A DNA stretch of 46,260 bases from Fidelibacterota bacterium (GTDB lineage: Bacteria > Fidelibacterota > Fidelibacteria > Fidelibacterales > DSDE01). The stretch spans positions 1-46,260 of the forward strand of contig JBJKQR010000031.1 in the NCBI GenBank assembly GCA_046735395.1. The letters run 5' to 3'. A program made the position numbers and the translations under genes. Below are positions 27,084 to 35,676 of this stretch, one piece after another (the stretch's first letter is position 1; each line of letters starts with the position of its first letter). The notes under the pieces are model-generated. The model did no database searches. It was not told the origin of the DNA and saw only the letters and a program-made list of their open reading frames with translations.

Positions 27084-28697
27084 ATGTTTATGAAAAAACT
27101 TATAATGAACCTCCCATAGGCTCCTGAAAGTAATTGCACTTTGAGATTTCCATCCAATAGTTATTTAAATGTGAATGGTGAATTAAATGCATATAACACT
27201 ACATTCACCAGGACATCTGGCACTTGGGGTGGGATTAAGTTCTTAAGTGGAAGCGATGGTTCGATAGTTAATTGCAATATTAACAACGCGACGTATGTCT
27301 TATATGCATATAATGCTTCACCATATATTGATACAAATGAAATCAGCAATGGAAGAATTTATCTGAATAATTGCTATTCGGAAATAAATAATAATTATAT
27401 CCACGATGTACAGTGGACCTCTCTTGTTTATATTTACGGGGGATCGCCAACTTTATTTGATAATACCATTGACGGAGGGGAAGCAATGCTTGCTGTAGAT
27501 GTAACGTATAGTGGTAGCCCCGTGTTTGGTGGGAATCCTGGTCTCGGGTATAATATTATAACAGCTGGTATGGACTCAGATGGAGCTATTTGGGCAGAAA
27601 CGGGAGCAACTCCGAACCTCGGAAGCGGTGGGGCTGGTCCCAACTATGCGGGAAAGAATTCCATAATAAGAACGGGGGGGCTACCAGCAGCAGCTATCGG
27701 TGCCACTTCGTCCATAGATGCGGCTTGGTGCTGGTGGGGACAGTACCCCGCTCCGTCCTGTTATGGCAATGTAGATACTCATGATGCTTTGAATTCCAAT
27801 CCAGGTGGAGGTAGTAGTATAGCAAAATCTTCTTCAAATTCGCAAAATTCATTATCAGAATCAAAAATATATAATGAAGTAGAATTATTATGGAGAGAAG
27901 CTTGGACGTTTTATGAACAAAAGAATTATTTGGAAGCAGTAACAATTTTAAATAATATCATTACTAATTTTAACAATGTTAAAATTAGCCAAAAATCAAT
28001 TAACTTAATTGATCGAATCTTCCATGAAGCTAAGGTGACCGAAAATGTCGATAGATTAGATCATTTATTCGTTAATGTTCAAAATGATACAGTAAAATCT
28101 GCGTTGAAAATGAAGCAAATCCAGTTCATGAAAAATAATGGTAACTTTGATGCTGCAATTGCTTTATGTACTGTAATGGCAAGAAGTTCTGATTCTTCAA
28201 TTCAGAAACAAGCATATTATGATCTGTATAATATTTATAAGAATGACAAAAACGACATAGAAAGAGCAAATGAAATGTTATCATTCTTAAAAACAAATTT
28301 TCCAGATGATAATTTGACTTTAATGGCCAGAGTAGATAATAATGAAGATGTAGAATATGTTAAAGAATCAAGAATTGAATCTCTTCCTAAAGCTGGAGAA
28401 CCTATAGTCCTAGCAGAAGCAGCTTATTCCTTAGGAGAGTCCTATCCAAATCCATTCAACCCGACAACAACTATAAGTATAGTTTTACCAGAAGAAACAA
28501 AATTCAATTTAGCAATTTTTGATATTCTCGGTAGAAAAGTATGGGAATATTCAAAGAATTATCTTGATGCGGGCAACTACGAAATTGTTTGGGATGGAAA
28601 AAATACAAGGAATCAACAAGTATCCGCAGGCGTCTATATTATTAAAATGACTACACCCAAATTCTCACAAAATCAGAAAGTTGTGTATTTGAAATAA
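27084..28697 (+). pseudogene. N-terminally disrupted secreted protein (beta-helix + TPR-like + T9SS-type C-terminal domain); open frame 27141-28697
   Basis: WGGIKF and Asn-rich parallel beta-helix repeats, DAAWCWWG, a helical region, and SYPNPFNPTT...SAGVY...YLK. The open frame has no signal peptide; the in-frame MFMKKLIMNLP upstream is cut by TAG at 27117-27119. Confidence 0.65.
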
Positions 28698-28719
28698 GAT
28701 CCGCAAAAAAAAATACTGA

Positions 28720-28758
28720 AATAAAAGGCACCTGAATTTTTCGGGTGCTTTTTTTATT
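28720..28758 (+). terminator. Intrinsic terminator
   Basis: AAAAGGCACCTGAA-TTT-TTCGGGTGCTTTTTTT downstream of the gene ending at 28697. Confidence 0.8.
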
Positions 28759-28777
28759 CCCGGTATCCGGTTCGGTA

Positions 28778-29185
28778 TCCCGTCTTCACCGCCAGCTGGC
28801 GGTTACGCCGGACAGACTCGGCACCAATGTCCATCCATGTCCAATACTGACCAATTCACGGGTGATTTTAAGAAAATTCGAACAGATAATAAATGCCATC
28901 AAGTTATTGTTCCAGAGGGTTTTAGTAACGTGGCCCGGACCCCCGCCAGACGGCGTGGAACCAGTGATCCGCCAGTGGGCGGACAGGCGCTGGGATTTTC
29001 TCCTTCGGAGTTCTACGAATCAGTCCCCTGTTCCATGTTGTTTTTATTAGTACTTATCCTTCGACAAGCTCAGGGCAGGCTCAAATAGGCGCCTATTTTG
29101 CGCCCGGTTTGATTTTGTAGGGATTTTTGGGTGTGGCTGGGTTTGGATATATTGCTGAAAGCCTTCGGGATATTGCATCCCAAAG
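28778..29185 (+). repeat. Cluster of REP-like/palindromic repeats (blocks D1, C1, B2, A2)
   Basis: CCCGTCTTC-ACCGCCAGCTGGCGGT-TACGCCGG (28779-28811); CAATTCACGGGTGATTTTAAGAAAATTCG (28852-28880); B2 (28967-28989); CCTTCGACAAGCTCAGG (~29058-29074); palindrome AAATAGGCGCCTATTT (29083-29098); A2 (29139-29185). Confidence 0.7.
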
Positions 29186-29217
29186 ACTGAGCATAAATCT
29201 ATTTTAATTTTGATCTG

Positions 29218-29628
29218 TTATAATTTAGGTGAGATTAAATTGACTTTTGGATAATAGGTACGATATCGAGATACATCACGAGTTATTAAATCAAAGGATG
29301 CGACAGCAGCATGCGCTCCAATAAAAAAATCAGGCAAGGTTGACTGTTTCGATCCTCTATTCCTTCGATACTGCAGGAAAACCTTTCCAGCTAAAAATAA
29401 AGCTTCACGAGGGATTTCGAGAACTTTCAAGCCCATTTGTTCTACGATTTTTTCTACATCTTCTATCTTTTTAAATCCAATTGAAATTTCACTGTAAATA
29501 ATTGAGTTGATATACAGCGTATTGGTCTGGCTGTAATTATCTAATATGTTTTCAGACCAACTTGCCCATTGGGGATCATCCAGCAGCAAATCTAATAACA
29601 CATTGGAATCAACCAATATTCCGTTCAT
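29218..29628 (-). CDS. vapC: Type II toxin, PIN-domain VapC family
   Basis: ILVDSNVLLD, IIYSEIS, LPDFFIGAHA and LITRD motifs. Confidence 0.92.
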   Translation of the reverse strand: MNGILVDSNVLLDLLLDDPQWASWSENILDNYSQTNTLYINSIIYSEISIGFKKIEDVEKIVEQMGLKVLEIPREALFLAGKVFLQYRRNRGSKQSTLPDFFIGAHAAVASFDLITRDVSRYRTYYPKVNLISPKL

Positions 29629-29852
29629 TATTTTCCCCGAGTTAAACTCATGATTTCATCTGTGGTCATTTCTGCTGTTGCCATACCCCGGAATTTTTTG
29701 AATTTACTTGATGTCTTACGTTTGGAAGTCTTTACAATGTAAAACCTGCCATTATCTTCCTTGAAATCCACATTTGTTTCAGGGGCAATACCCAGAACTT
29801 CACGAACACTTCTTGGTATTGTTACCTGACCTTTTGATGTTACTCTCATCAT
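29628..29852 (-). CDS. AbrB/MazE-family antitoxin (VapB-type)
   Basis: MRVTSKGQVTIP...TTDEIMSLTRG; its stop overlaps the vapC start; SD AAGGAG. Confidence 0.92.
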   Translation of the reverse strand: MMRVTSKGQVTIPRSVREVLGIAPETNVDFKEDNGRFYIVKTSKRKTSSKFKKFRGMATAEMTTDEIMSLTRGK

Positions 29853-29862
29853 GTTCTCCTTT

Positions 29863-29900
29863 GTAATACCAATATAGTATTACTGTTCAGTATATTCAAG
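29863..29900 (-). promoter_or_regulatory. Toxin-antitoxin promoter with inverted-repeat operator
   Basis: TTGAAT-17 bp-TATATT, overlapped by the perfect inverted repeat GTAATAC-N7-GTATTAC (29863-29883). Confidence 0.75.
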
Positions 29901-30238
29901 TATTTACTGACATTATTAATGTTTCGGATTCTCGGGGGAAGGTCAGTGTTCGCTTCCGATAGAATAGTGTATATTAATAATTTATCCAATATTATGTGTA
30001 AGGTTCTGACTATACACAATATTTTTACCAGTATTTGGGACATTCAGAACCAAAAGAAAATGATAAACCTAAAATGGAATTTTTAAAAGTGTCCGTTTTC
30101 AGCCTAAATCGTAGCAATTTCAATTTGACTTAAACGACACATTTCCCATCTCCTCTCACGGCTCCGCCACATTGAGTCCCATTCACGTTCGAGAATCTCC
30201 TTATAGAGACCGTAAGTTCACTACTTAATCGGGGCGCT

Positions 30239-30399
30239 CAATTCAGCCGGGTTATTTTAAGAAGGATTCGGAGTATACGGAAGTGTTTTTTCTTCCTCTC
30301 AACTTCTGAACTTTTTAACATCTGAACTTCTGAACCTCTATATATCCGCGTCCCGTCTGCGCTGAAATTTCGCCGGCTGGCCCGTATCCGCCAGCGGAT
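30239..30399 (+). repeat. Right-hand repeat cluster (block C2, five 8-bp tandem units, block D2, CCGCCAGCGG palindrome)
   Basis: CAATTCAGCCGGGTTATTTTAAGAAGGATTCG resembles 28852-28880. Tandem CAACTTCT GAACTTTT TAACATCT GAACTTCT GAACCTCT at 30300-30339. TCCCGTCTGC..TCGCCGG resembles 28778-28811. Confidence 0.65.
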
Positions 30400-30533
30400 G
30401 AGCCTAAGCAAAAACCGCATTGTGCCTCCTTTGGGGACGGAGACCGGCCGGGGTTAAATTGCCGCCGCGAGATTTTCCCGTTTTTCCGAAAAAAAATATT
30501 CATAGATTTGCCGTGTAAAACGGGAGACGACAG

Positions 30534-31421
30534 ATGGATCTTTTGAATCGTTTCAGGGAACAGGGGCGGCCTCTTCTGACCGACGGCGCCTGGGGAACTT
30601 TCCTGTTTCAGATGGGCCTGAAACCGGGCGATTGTCCGGATCACTGGTGTCTGACGCACCCGGATGAGGTTCAGAGTATTGCACAGGCATATTTTGATGC
30701 GGGGTCGGATATTGTGGAGACGAACAGTTTCGGTGCCTCCCCGGTGAAACTGAGCGATTACGGCCTGGCCGAAAAAGCGCGGGATATAAATCTACGGGCC
30801 GTGGAACTGTCACGGGCTGCCGCAGGTAGGGACCGTCTGGTCATGGCCTCGCTGGGGCCGAGCGGAAAACTCCTGATGATGGGGGACGTTTCGGAAGAGG
30901 ACCTGTATGACGGATTCTTTCTGCAGGCGAAGGCGTTTGCCGATGGCGGTGCCGATGCCGTCTGTATCGAAACCATGTCGGATCTGCAGGAGGCGGAGCT
31001 GGCCATCAAAGCCGTGAAAAGCGCCTGCACACTTCCGGTTTTCAGTACCTGGACCTTTGACCGGACGGCAAAGGGCGAATACCGGACCATGATGGGCAAC
31101 AGCATTCATGAGGCGGTTTCACTGAGCCTTGCTTCCGGGGCGGATGTCATCGGATCGAACTGCGGAAACGGGATGGCCGGCATGCTGGACATTGCCCGGG
31201 AAATCCGTGAAGACTTTCCCGATACGCCCTTTATGATACAGGCCAACGCGGGCCTCCCTCATCTGGACAATGGGAAACAGGTCTATGCAGAAACGCCGGA
31301 GAGTATGGCTGCCTTCATTCCGGAACTGATGCGGCTGGGAATCGCCCTGGTCGGCGGCTGCTGCGGAACCACCCCCGAAACCATTCAGAAATTTCGTTCG
31401 GTTATTGATAAAACGATGTAA
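30534..31421 (+). CDS. Homocysteine S-methyltransferase family protein (stand-alone MetH-like Hcy-binding domain)
   Basis: DGAWGT, AGSDIVETNSFG, GADAVCIETM, GSNCG, QANAGLP and GGCCGTTP motifs. Confidence 0.92.
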   Translation: MDLLNRFREQGRPLLTDGAWGTFLFQMGLKPGDCPDHWCLTHPDEVQSIAQAYFDAGSDIVETNSFGASPVKLSDYGLAEKARDINLRAVELSRAAAGRDRLVMASLGPSGKLLMMGDVSEEDLYDGFFLQAKAFADGGADAVCIETMSDLQEAELAIKAVKSACTLPVFSTWTFDRTAKGEYRTMMGNSIHEAVSLSLASGADVIGSNCGNGMAGMLDIAREIREDFPDTPFMIQANAGLPHLDNGKQVYAETPESMAAFIPELMRLGIALVGGCCGTTPETIQKFRSVIDKTM

Positions 31422-31427
31422 ATGTGA

Positions 31428-31447
31428 TCCCTGATTCTTCGAATCAG
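31428..31447. terminator. Hairpin between convergent genes
   Basis: CCTGATTC-TTC-GAATCAGG; weak U-tracts. Confidence 0.5.
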
Positions 31448-31457
31448 GAGAGATATT

Positions 31458-33581
31458 TTAGAAATCTATTCGCTGAGGTTTGACGGTTTTCTTTGCCTTG
31501 CCGTGAATGTCGCAGACGGTTTTCGGCGGATTTTTTACATTGAATATTTCTTTTTCCACCGGGCAGTATTCGGTCGGCAGCAGTTTGCTTTCCGAGCAGA
31601 TCTTATATTCCTTCACCCCGGGCGGGCGGACAAAATCTTCCGGTTTCCAGCCTTCCTCGTCATAGGTTTTTTTCATGAAGGTCGCCCAGATCGGCAGAGC
31701 GGCTCTTGACCCCGAATATCCATTGCCGAGACTGACGGCCGGATTATCCACGCCCACCCAGGTTCCGGCGACGAGGTCGCGGGTGAAGCCCACAAACCAT
31801 GCATCGGTGTAGGCATTGGTTGTACCCGTCTTGCCGCCGGCGGGAGCTCTGAACCCGAAACGCCAGCGGGCGGATCCGCCGGTACCTGCGTCCATCACGC
31901 TCTGGAGCATGTTGGTCATAATATAGGCCGTTTCCTTGCTCAGAACTTCCCGGGTTTCCCGATTGCTGCGGTAAATGACATTCCCATTCCGGTCCAGAAC
32001 CTTCTCAATGGCATAGGGCCGGTTGTAGATGCCTTCATTGGCATAAATACCATAGGCTGCCACCAGGTCATAGAGCAGAACCTCGGAAGTTCCGAGAGCG
32101 ATGGCGTCCACAGGGCGGATATTGGTGGTGAAGCCCATGCGCTGGGCATATTCCTTGACGATGCGCGGATCAACGAGTTCCTGCACAACCCGGACCGCGA
32201 CACGGTTCAGAGATCTTCTCAACGCGTCGCGCAGGGTGGTGAGCCCGCCGGAACTGTGGTCGTAATTGTCCGGAGCCCAGCGGGATCCGTCCGGCATGGG
32301 GATGACGACCGGCTGGTTCAGCAGTTGGGTCGTCGTCGTGTATCCATTATCAATGGCCGCTGTGAAAACGATGGGTTTGAAGGTGGAGCCGGGTTGGCGG
32401 CCCGTACCCTGATAGCAGCGGTTGAATTTACTTTCCTTGAAGTCACGGCCGCCGATCATGACCCGGATGGCCCCGTTGTGAGGATCAATGGCCATGAAGG
32501 CGCCCTGTACGATTTTGCTGTCGGTGGGGACTTCATCATAAAGGCTGTCCATGGGAAGGGTTGCCGCCGCGGAATCGGTGGTGAGGGACAGCATTTCATC
32601 GCGGCTGTTTTTCAGGCGCTTGTCCAGATTTTCCTGCAGGACATCCAGCTGCTTATGCAGGCTTTCCTCTGCCAGATTCTGCAGATTGCTGTAAAGTGTG
32701 GTATAGATTTCCAGCCCGCCCCGGTTAATATCCACATCCGTTTCCCGGGAGATTTCCTGCCGAATATATTCGGTGAAATAGGGAGCGAGGCCGATGCTTT
32801 CTTCCTGCTGCGTGATTTCCGTTTTCTGCGACAGGGCGGTGACATATTCCCAGCGGCTGAGCTTGCCGTCCTGTTCCATATTCTTCAGAACGATGTTCCG
32901 GCGTTTGATGGCCCGGTCGTGATGCGTGATGGGCGAATAGGGCGCCGGCGCCGGAAGAATACCGATGAGCATGGCGGCTTCATCCAGATTCAGATTCTGT
33001 ACGTCCTTATTGAAATATTCCTGAGCGGCAGCCTGGATTCCGTAGACGCCATGGCCGAAATAAATCGTATTCAGGTACATTTCCAGGATTTCATCCTTGG
33101 TATAGGTCTTTTCAATCTTGATGGCGGTCAGCAGTTCCTTGATTTTGCGGACATAGGTTTTTTCCAGAGTGAGATGCAGGTTCCGGGCGAGCTGCTGGGA
33201 CAGCGTACTGGCGCCCTGGGTCTTGCTCATGGTCAGCACATCAATGACGGCAGCCTTGATCGTCCGCTTTACGTTCATGCCCCAGTGATCGTAAAAATTC
33301 TTGTCTTCCGTCGTGATAAGCGCGTCCACCACATAGCGGGGAATGTCGGACAGGGGTACGAAAAACCGGCGCTGAGCGGCGTGAAATTCCTTCAGGACAA
33401 CCCCATCCGCGGAATATACACGAGAAATCAGATCCGGTTCGAATTTTTCAAGTTTCTCAAGAGCGGGCAGATCCTTGTTCAGCTGATAGAGGACATAGCC
33501 CGTGATACTGCCGCCGCCGAGGATGATGGCCAGCGAAATCAGCAGATATCTGAGAGTCAGTTTTCCGAATGATTCTTCCAT
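31458..33581 (-). CDS. Class A penicillin-binding protein (PBP1A family)
   Basis: N-terminal TM; transglycosylase motifs EDKNFYDHWG, GASTLSQQL and RKIKE; transpeptidase motifs STFK, SLN and KTGT. Confidence 0.94.
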   Translation of the reverse strand: MEESFGKLTLRYLLISLAIILGGGSITGYVLYQLNKDLPALEKLEKFEPDLISRVYSADGVVLKEFHAAQRRFFVPLSDIPRYVVDALITTEDKNFYDHWGMNVKRTIKAAVIDVLTMSKTQGASTLSQQLARNLHLTLEKTYVRKIKELLTAIKIEKTYTKDEILEMYLNTIYFGHGVYGIQAAAQEYFNKDVQNLNLDEAAMLIGILPAPAPYSPITHHDRAIKRRNIVLKNMEQDGKLSRWEYVTALSQKTEITQQEESIGLAPYFTEYIRQEISRETDVDINRGGLEIYTTLYSNLQNLAEESLHKQLDVLQENLDKRLKNSRDEMLSLTTDSAAATLPMDSLYDEVPTDSKIVQGAFMAIDPHNGAIRVMIGGRDFKESKFNRCYQGTGRQPGSTFKPIVFTAAIDNGYTTTTQLLNQPVVIPMPDGSRWAPDNYDHSSGGLTTLRDALRRSLNRVAVRVVQELVDPRIVKEYAQRMGFTTNIRPVDAIALGTSEVLLYDLVAAYGIYANEGIYNRPYAIEKVLDRNGNVIYRSNRETREVLSKETAYIMTNMLQSVMDAGTGGSARWRFGFRAPAGGKTGTTNAYTDAWFVGFTRDLVAGTWVGVDNPAVSLGNGYSGSRAALPIWATFMKKTYDEEGWKPEDFVRPPGVKEYKICSESKLLPTEYCPVEKEIFNVKNPPKTVCDIHGKAKKTVKPQRIDF

Positions 33582-33764
33582 GCGCTAATTTATCCCAATA
33601 TTTCCTGTAGTTAAACAGTAAACTTGCCCTTTCTTGTGTCACAGAGCACGCCTCACGGTGTCCGGCCCGCATTTATCCTGAAAATTATACCGTGAACCGA
33701 ATGTCTACTGCTTGAAATAGCCCGGAATTAATCATAGCTTCATAAAAAACCAAAAGGAGGAGAT

Positions 33765-34532
33765 GTGTACTGTCCTCAATGTGCCGCCGAATATCGGGAG
33801 GGGTTTGCTGTCTGCGCCGACTGTGGCTGTGAACTGGTTCAGCAAAAACCCGCCGTTCCGCCCGTGGACCATTCGGGATATCTGGCCCTGATGAGCCGTA
33901 TCATGTTCGGAGCGGTTATTTATATGTTTCTGTTCCGTACGCTGGGAACCTTCCTGCCGGAGCTGTTTAAGATCCGGATTCTGTATATCCCGCTTTCAAG
34001 CGTCAGGACACTCTGCGCTCTGGCCACACTCGGTTTCTGGGCGGTGCTGATGAAGGAATTTATCCGTCCCGTGGCCCCCCGTCTTGACGTATATATTCGC
34101 CTTGTGCTTCTGGGATCTGCGGCTCTGCTTCTGGCGGATCTGTATCACCTCCTGAAAGTTCTGATTCCCCATTTCCTGGAGAGTAGCCGTTTTCTTTCAC
34201 GGCCGGGGTTTCTGTCCACGCTGACAGATCTGCTGATCTTTATCGCCTTTCGGGAGCTGAAAAATTATTTCAGGGAGGACGGGAGCCTGGGAAAGGTCTT
34301 CCGCCCCGGATATTGGGCGTCGTCCTTCGCTCTGCTTCTTCAGGCCATCACACTTTCGCTTTATATGGCCACCAAATTCGGGGACTGGTATTTTTCCTGG
34401 CCGGTGGTGCTTCGGATCATGGTCCTGCCTCTGCCGGTGATCTCCACGTTTTTATTTGCGAAATTTTATCGGGATTTCAGCCGTTGGGCAGCCCGGCGGC
34501 CGGAGACGCAAACCGAGGTGAGTCTTCCTTAA
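33765..34532 (+). CDS. Hypothetical membrane protein with N-terminal zinc ribbon
   Basis: GTG start after AGGAGG; YCPQCAAEYREGFAVCADCGCELV followed by about 6 TM segments; TTGAAA-17-TAGCTT promoter upstream. Confidence 0.75.
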   Translation: MYCPQCAAEYREGFAVCADCGCELVQQKPAVPPVDHSGYLALMSRIMFGAVIYMFLFRTLGTFLPELFKIRILYIPLSSVRTLCALATLGFWAVLMKEFIRPVAPRLDVYIRLVLLGSAALLLADLYHLLKVLIPHFLESSRFLSRPGFLSTLTDLLIFIAFRELKNYFREDGSLGKVFRPGYWASSFALLLQAITLSLYMATKFGDWYFSWPVVLRIMVLPLPVISTFLFAKFYRDFSRWAARRPETQTEVSLP

Positions 34533-35533
34533 AGCGTATCGATATAGGCAAGAATCAGGTCATGGGTGGCTTTGACACCGCGTTCGTGAGTTCGCTCCAC
34601 GCCGTGGGAGGCATTGACGCCCGGGCCGATGAGCGCAACCCGCAGGTCCTGCCCGGCCTTCAGTGCGGCGCTTCCATCGCTGCCATAATAGGGAAATACG
34701 TCGATGACGTGAGGAATATTCCGGCTGACGGCCAGATCCTGCAGTTTCTTTCGCATGGAATAGTCGTAGGGGCCGCTGCTGTCCTTTGCACAGATGCTGA
34801 CCCGCGTTTCCTCGCCGGCGACATCGTCACCCACCACACCCATGTCAGCAACGAGCATTTCCTCGACAGACGGCGGAACGGCAACCGACGCACCGTGTCC
34901 CACTTCCTCATAATTTGAAAAATAGAAGGCCACGGGCTTTTCGATGGCCTGCGCGTCTTTATTCAGCAGAATGTCCAGAAGTATTCCGGCACAGGCCTTG
35001 TCATCCAGAAAGCGCGATTTCACATAGCCCGTGTCGGTGACTTCAAAGCGCGGGTCGAAAAACACGAAGTCCCCGATGCCGATTCCCAGTTTTTCTGTTT
35101 TTTCCCGGGAATCGCTGTCTGCGTCCAACCGGATATGCATCTTCTTCATGTCCCGTTCCGTTTTCTGCACATCATGATTGACATGAGCCGCCGGATTATT
35201 CAGCAGAAAGGTCCCCCGGAACTGCGCGCCCGAGTTTGCCCGGATGCTGCAGTATTCACCTTCGAAACTGTTCACCGGCCAGCCCCCCAGCTGGGTGATT
35301 TCCAGGCTTCCGTCTTTCCGGATCCGGGAAACCATGCCTCCCAGCGTGTCGATGTGTGCCGCCACGATGAGGCGGGGCGGAGTGGGGCCCGTGACCAGAA
35401 GTGCGCCTTTGCGGTTCCGGGCGACGGTCCATTTCGTTGCAGTTAGACGTTCCTCAATATGGGAAATTATGGTTTCGGTATAGCCGCTGGGGCTGGCAAT
35501 GCCGACCAGTTCACGGATAATTTCAATACTCAT
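34529..35533 (-). CDS. M42-family metallo-aminopeptidase
   Basis: SPSGYT, AHIDTLG, SRFLDDK, YEEVGHG, DMG, YGSD and SHGVER motifs. Confidence 0.9.
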   Translation of the reverse strand: MSIEIIRELVGIASPSGYTETIISHIEERLTATKWTVARNRKGALLVTGPTPPRLIVAAHIDTLGGMVSRIRKDGSLEITQLGGWPVNSFEGEYCSIRANSGAQFRGTFLLNNPAAHVNHDVQKTERDMKKMHIRLDADSDSREKTEKLGIGIGDFVFFDPRFEVTDTGYVKSRFLDDKACAGILLDILLNKDAQAIEKPVAFYFSNYEEVGHGASVAVPPSVEEMLVADMGVVGDDVAGEETRVSICAKDSSGPYDYSMRKKLQDLAVSRNIPHVIDVFPYYGSDGSAALKAGQDLRVALIGPGVNASHGVERTHERGVKATHDLILAYIDTL

Positions 35534-35676
35534 GACGTTCCTTTTTGGCGAAAATTAAGACTATAGGACAGAGCTGACAAGAAAAAGCTTTATGGGATGG
35601 AATAGAGCCGGGTGAAAAAGCCTTGATATCAATCCTGAACTTTTCTATGCTTGTCGAAGAATTACAGGAGACGGAC

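Larger units (their letters stand above)
25951..30430. other. AT-rich accessory island with repeat-delimited cargo; no integrase or transposase seen
   Basis: Abrupt shift to AT-rich sequence and codon usage between asnB and the homocysteine methyltransferase gene, with shared repeat blocks in the spacers. Confidence 0.7.

Noticed and set aside
27070..27098. dif/Xer-like site (TTTTGACATA-CTATGTT-TATGAAAAAA)
   Set aside because: Weak inverted repeat in AT-rich DNA that overlaps a stop and a start codon; poor match to the XerD arm.
27117..27119. Amber recoding (pyrrolysine or alternative genetic code)
   Set aside because: TAG is a normal stop elsewhere (e.g. 39534 and 14372), and readthrough would still not give a proper signal peptide.
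25951..30430. CRISPR array or canonical integron
   Set aside because: The repeats are few, degenerate and irregularly spaced. There is no cas or intI gene, and I could not pair RYYYAAC/GTTRRRY boxes into a convincing attC site.
32256..33572. 438-aa plus-strand ORF
   Set aside because: Antisense shadow of the PBP1A gene with no recognisable motifs. The same applies to 15959-16999, 20296-21108, 25180-25938, 37205-37978 and similar ORFs.
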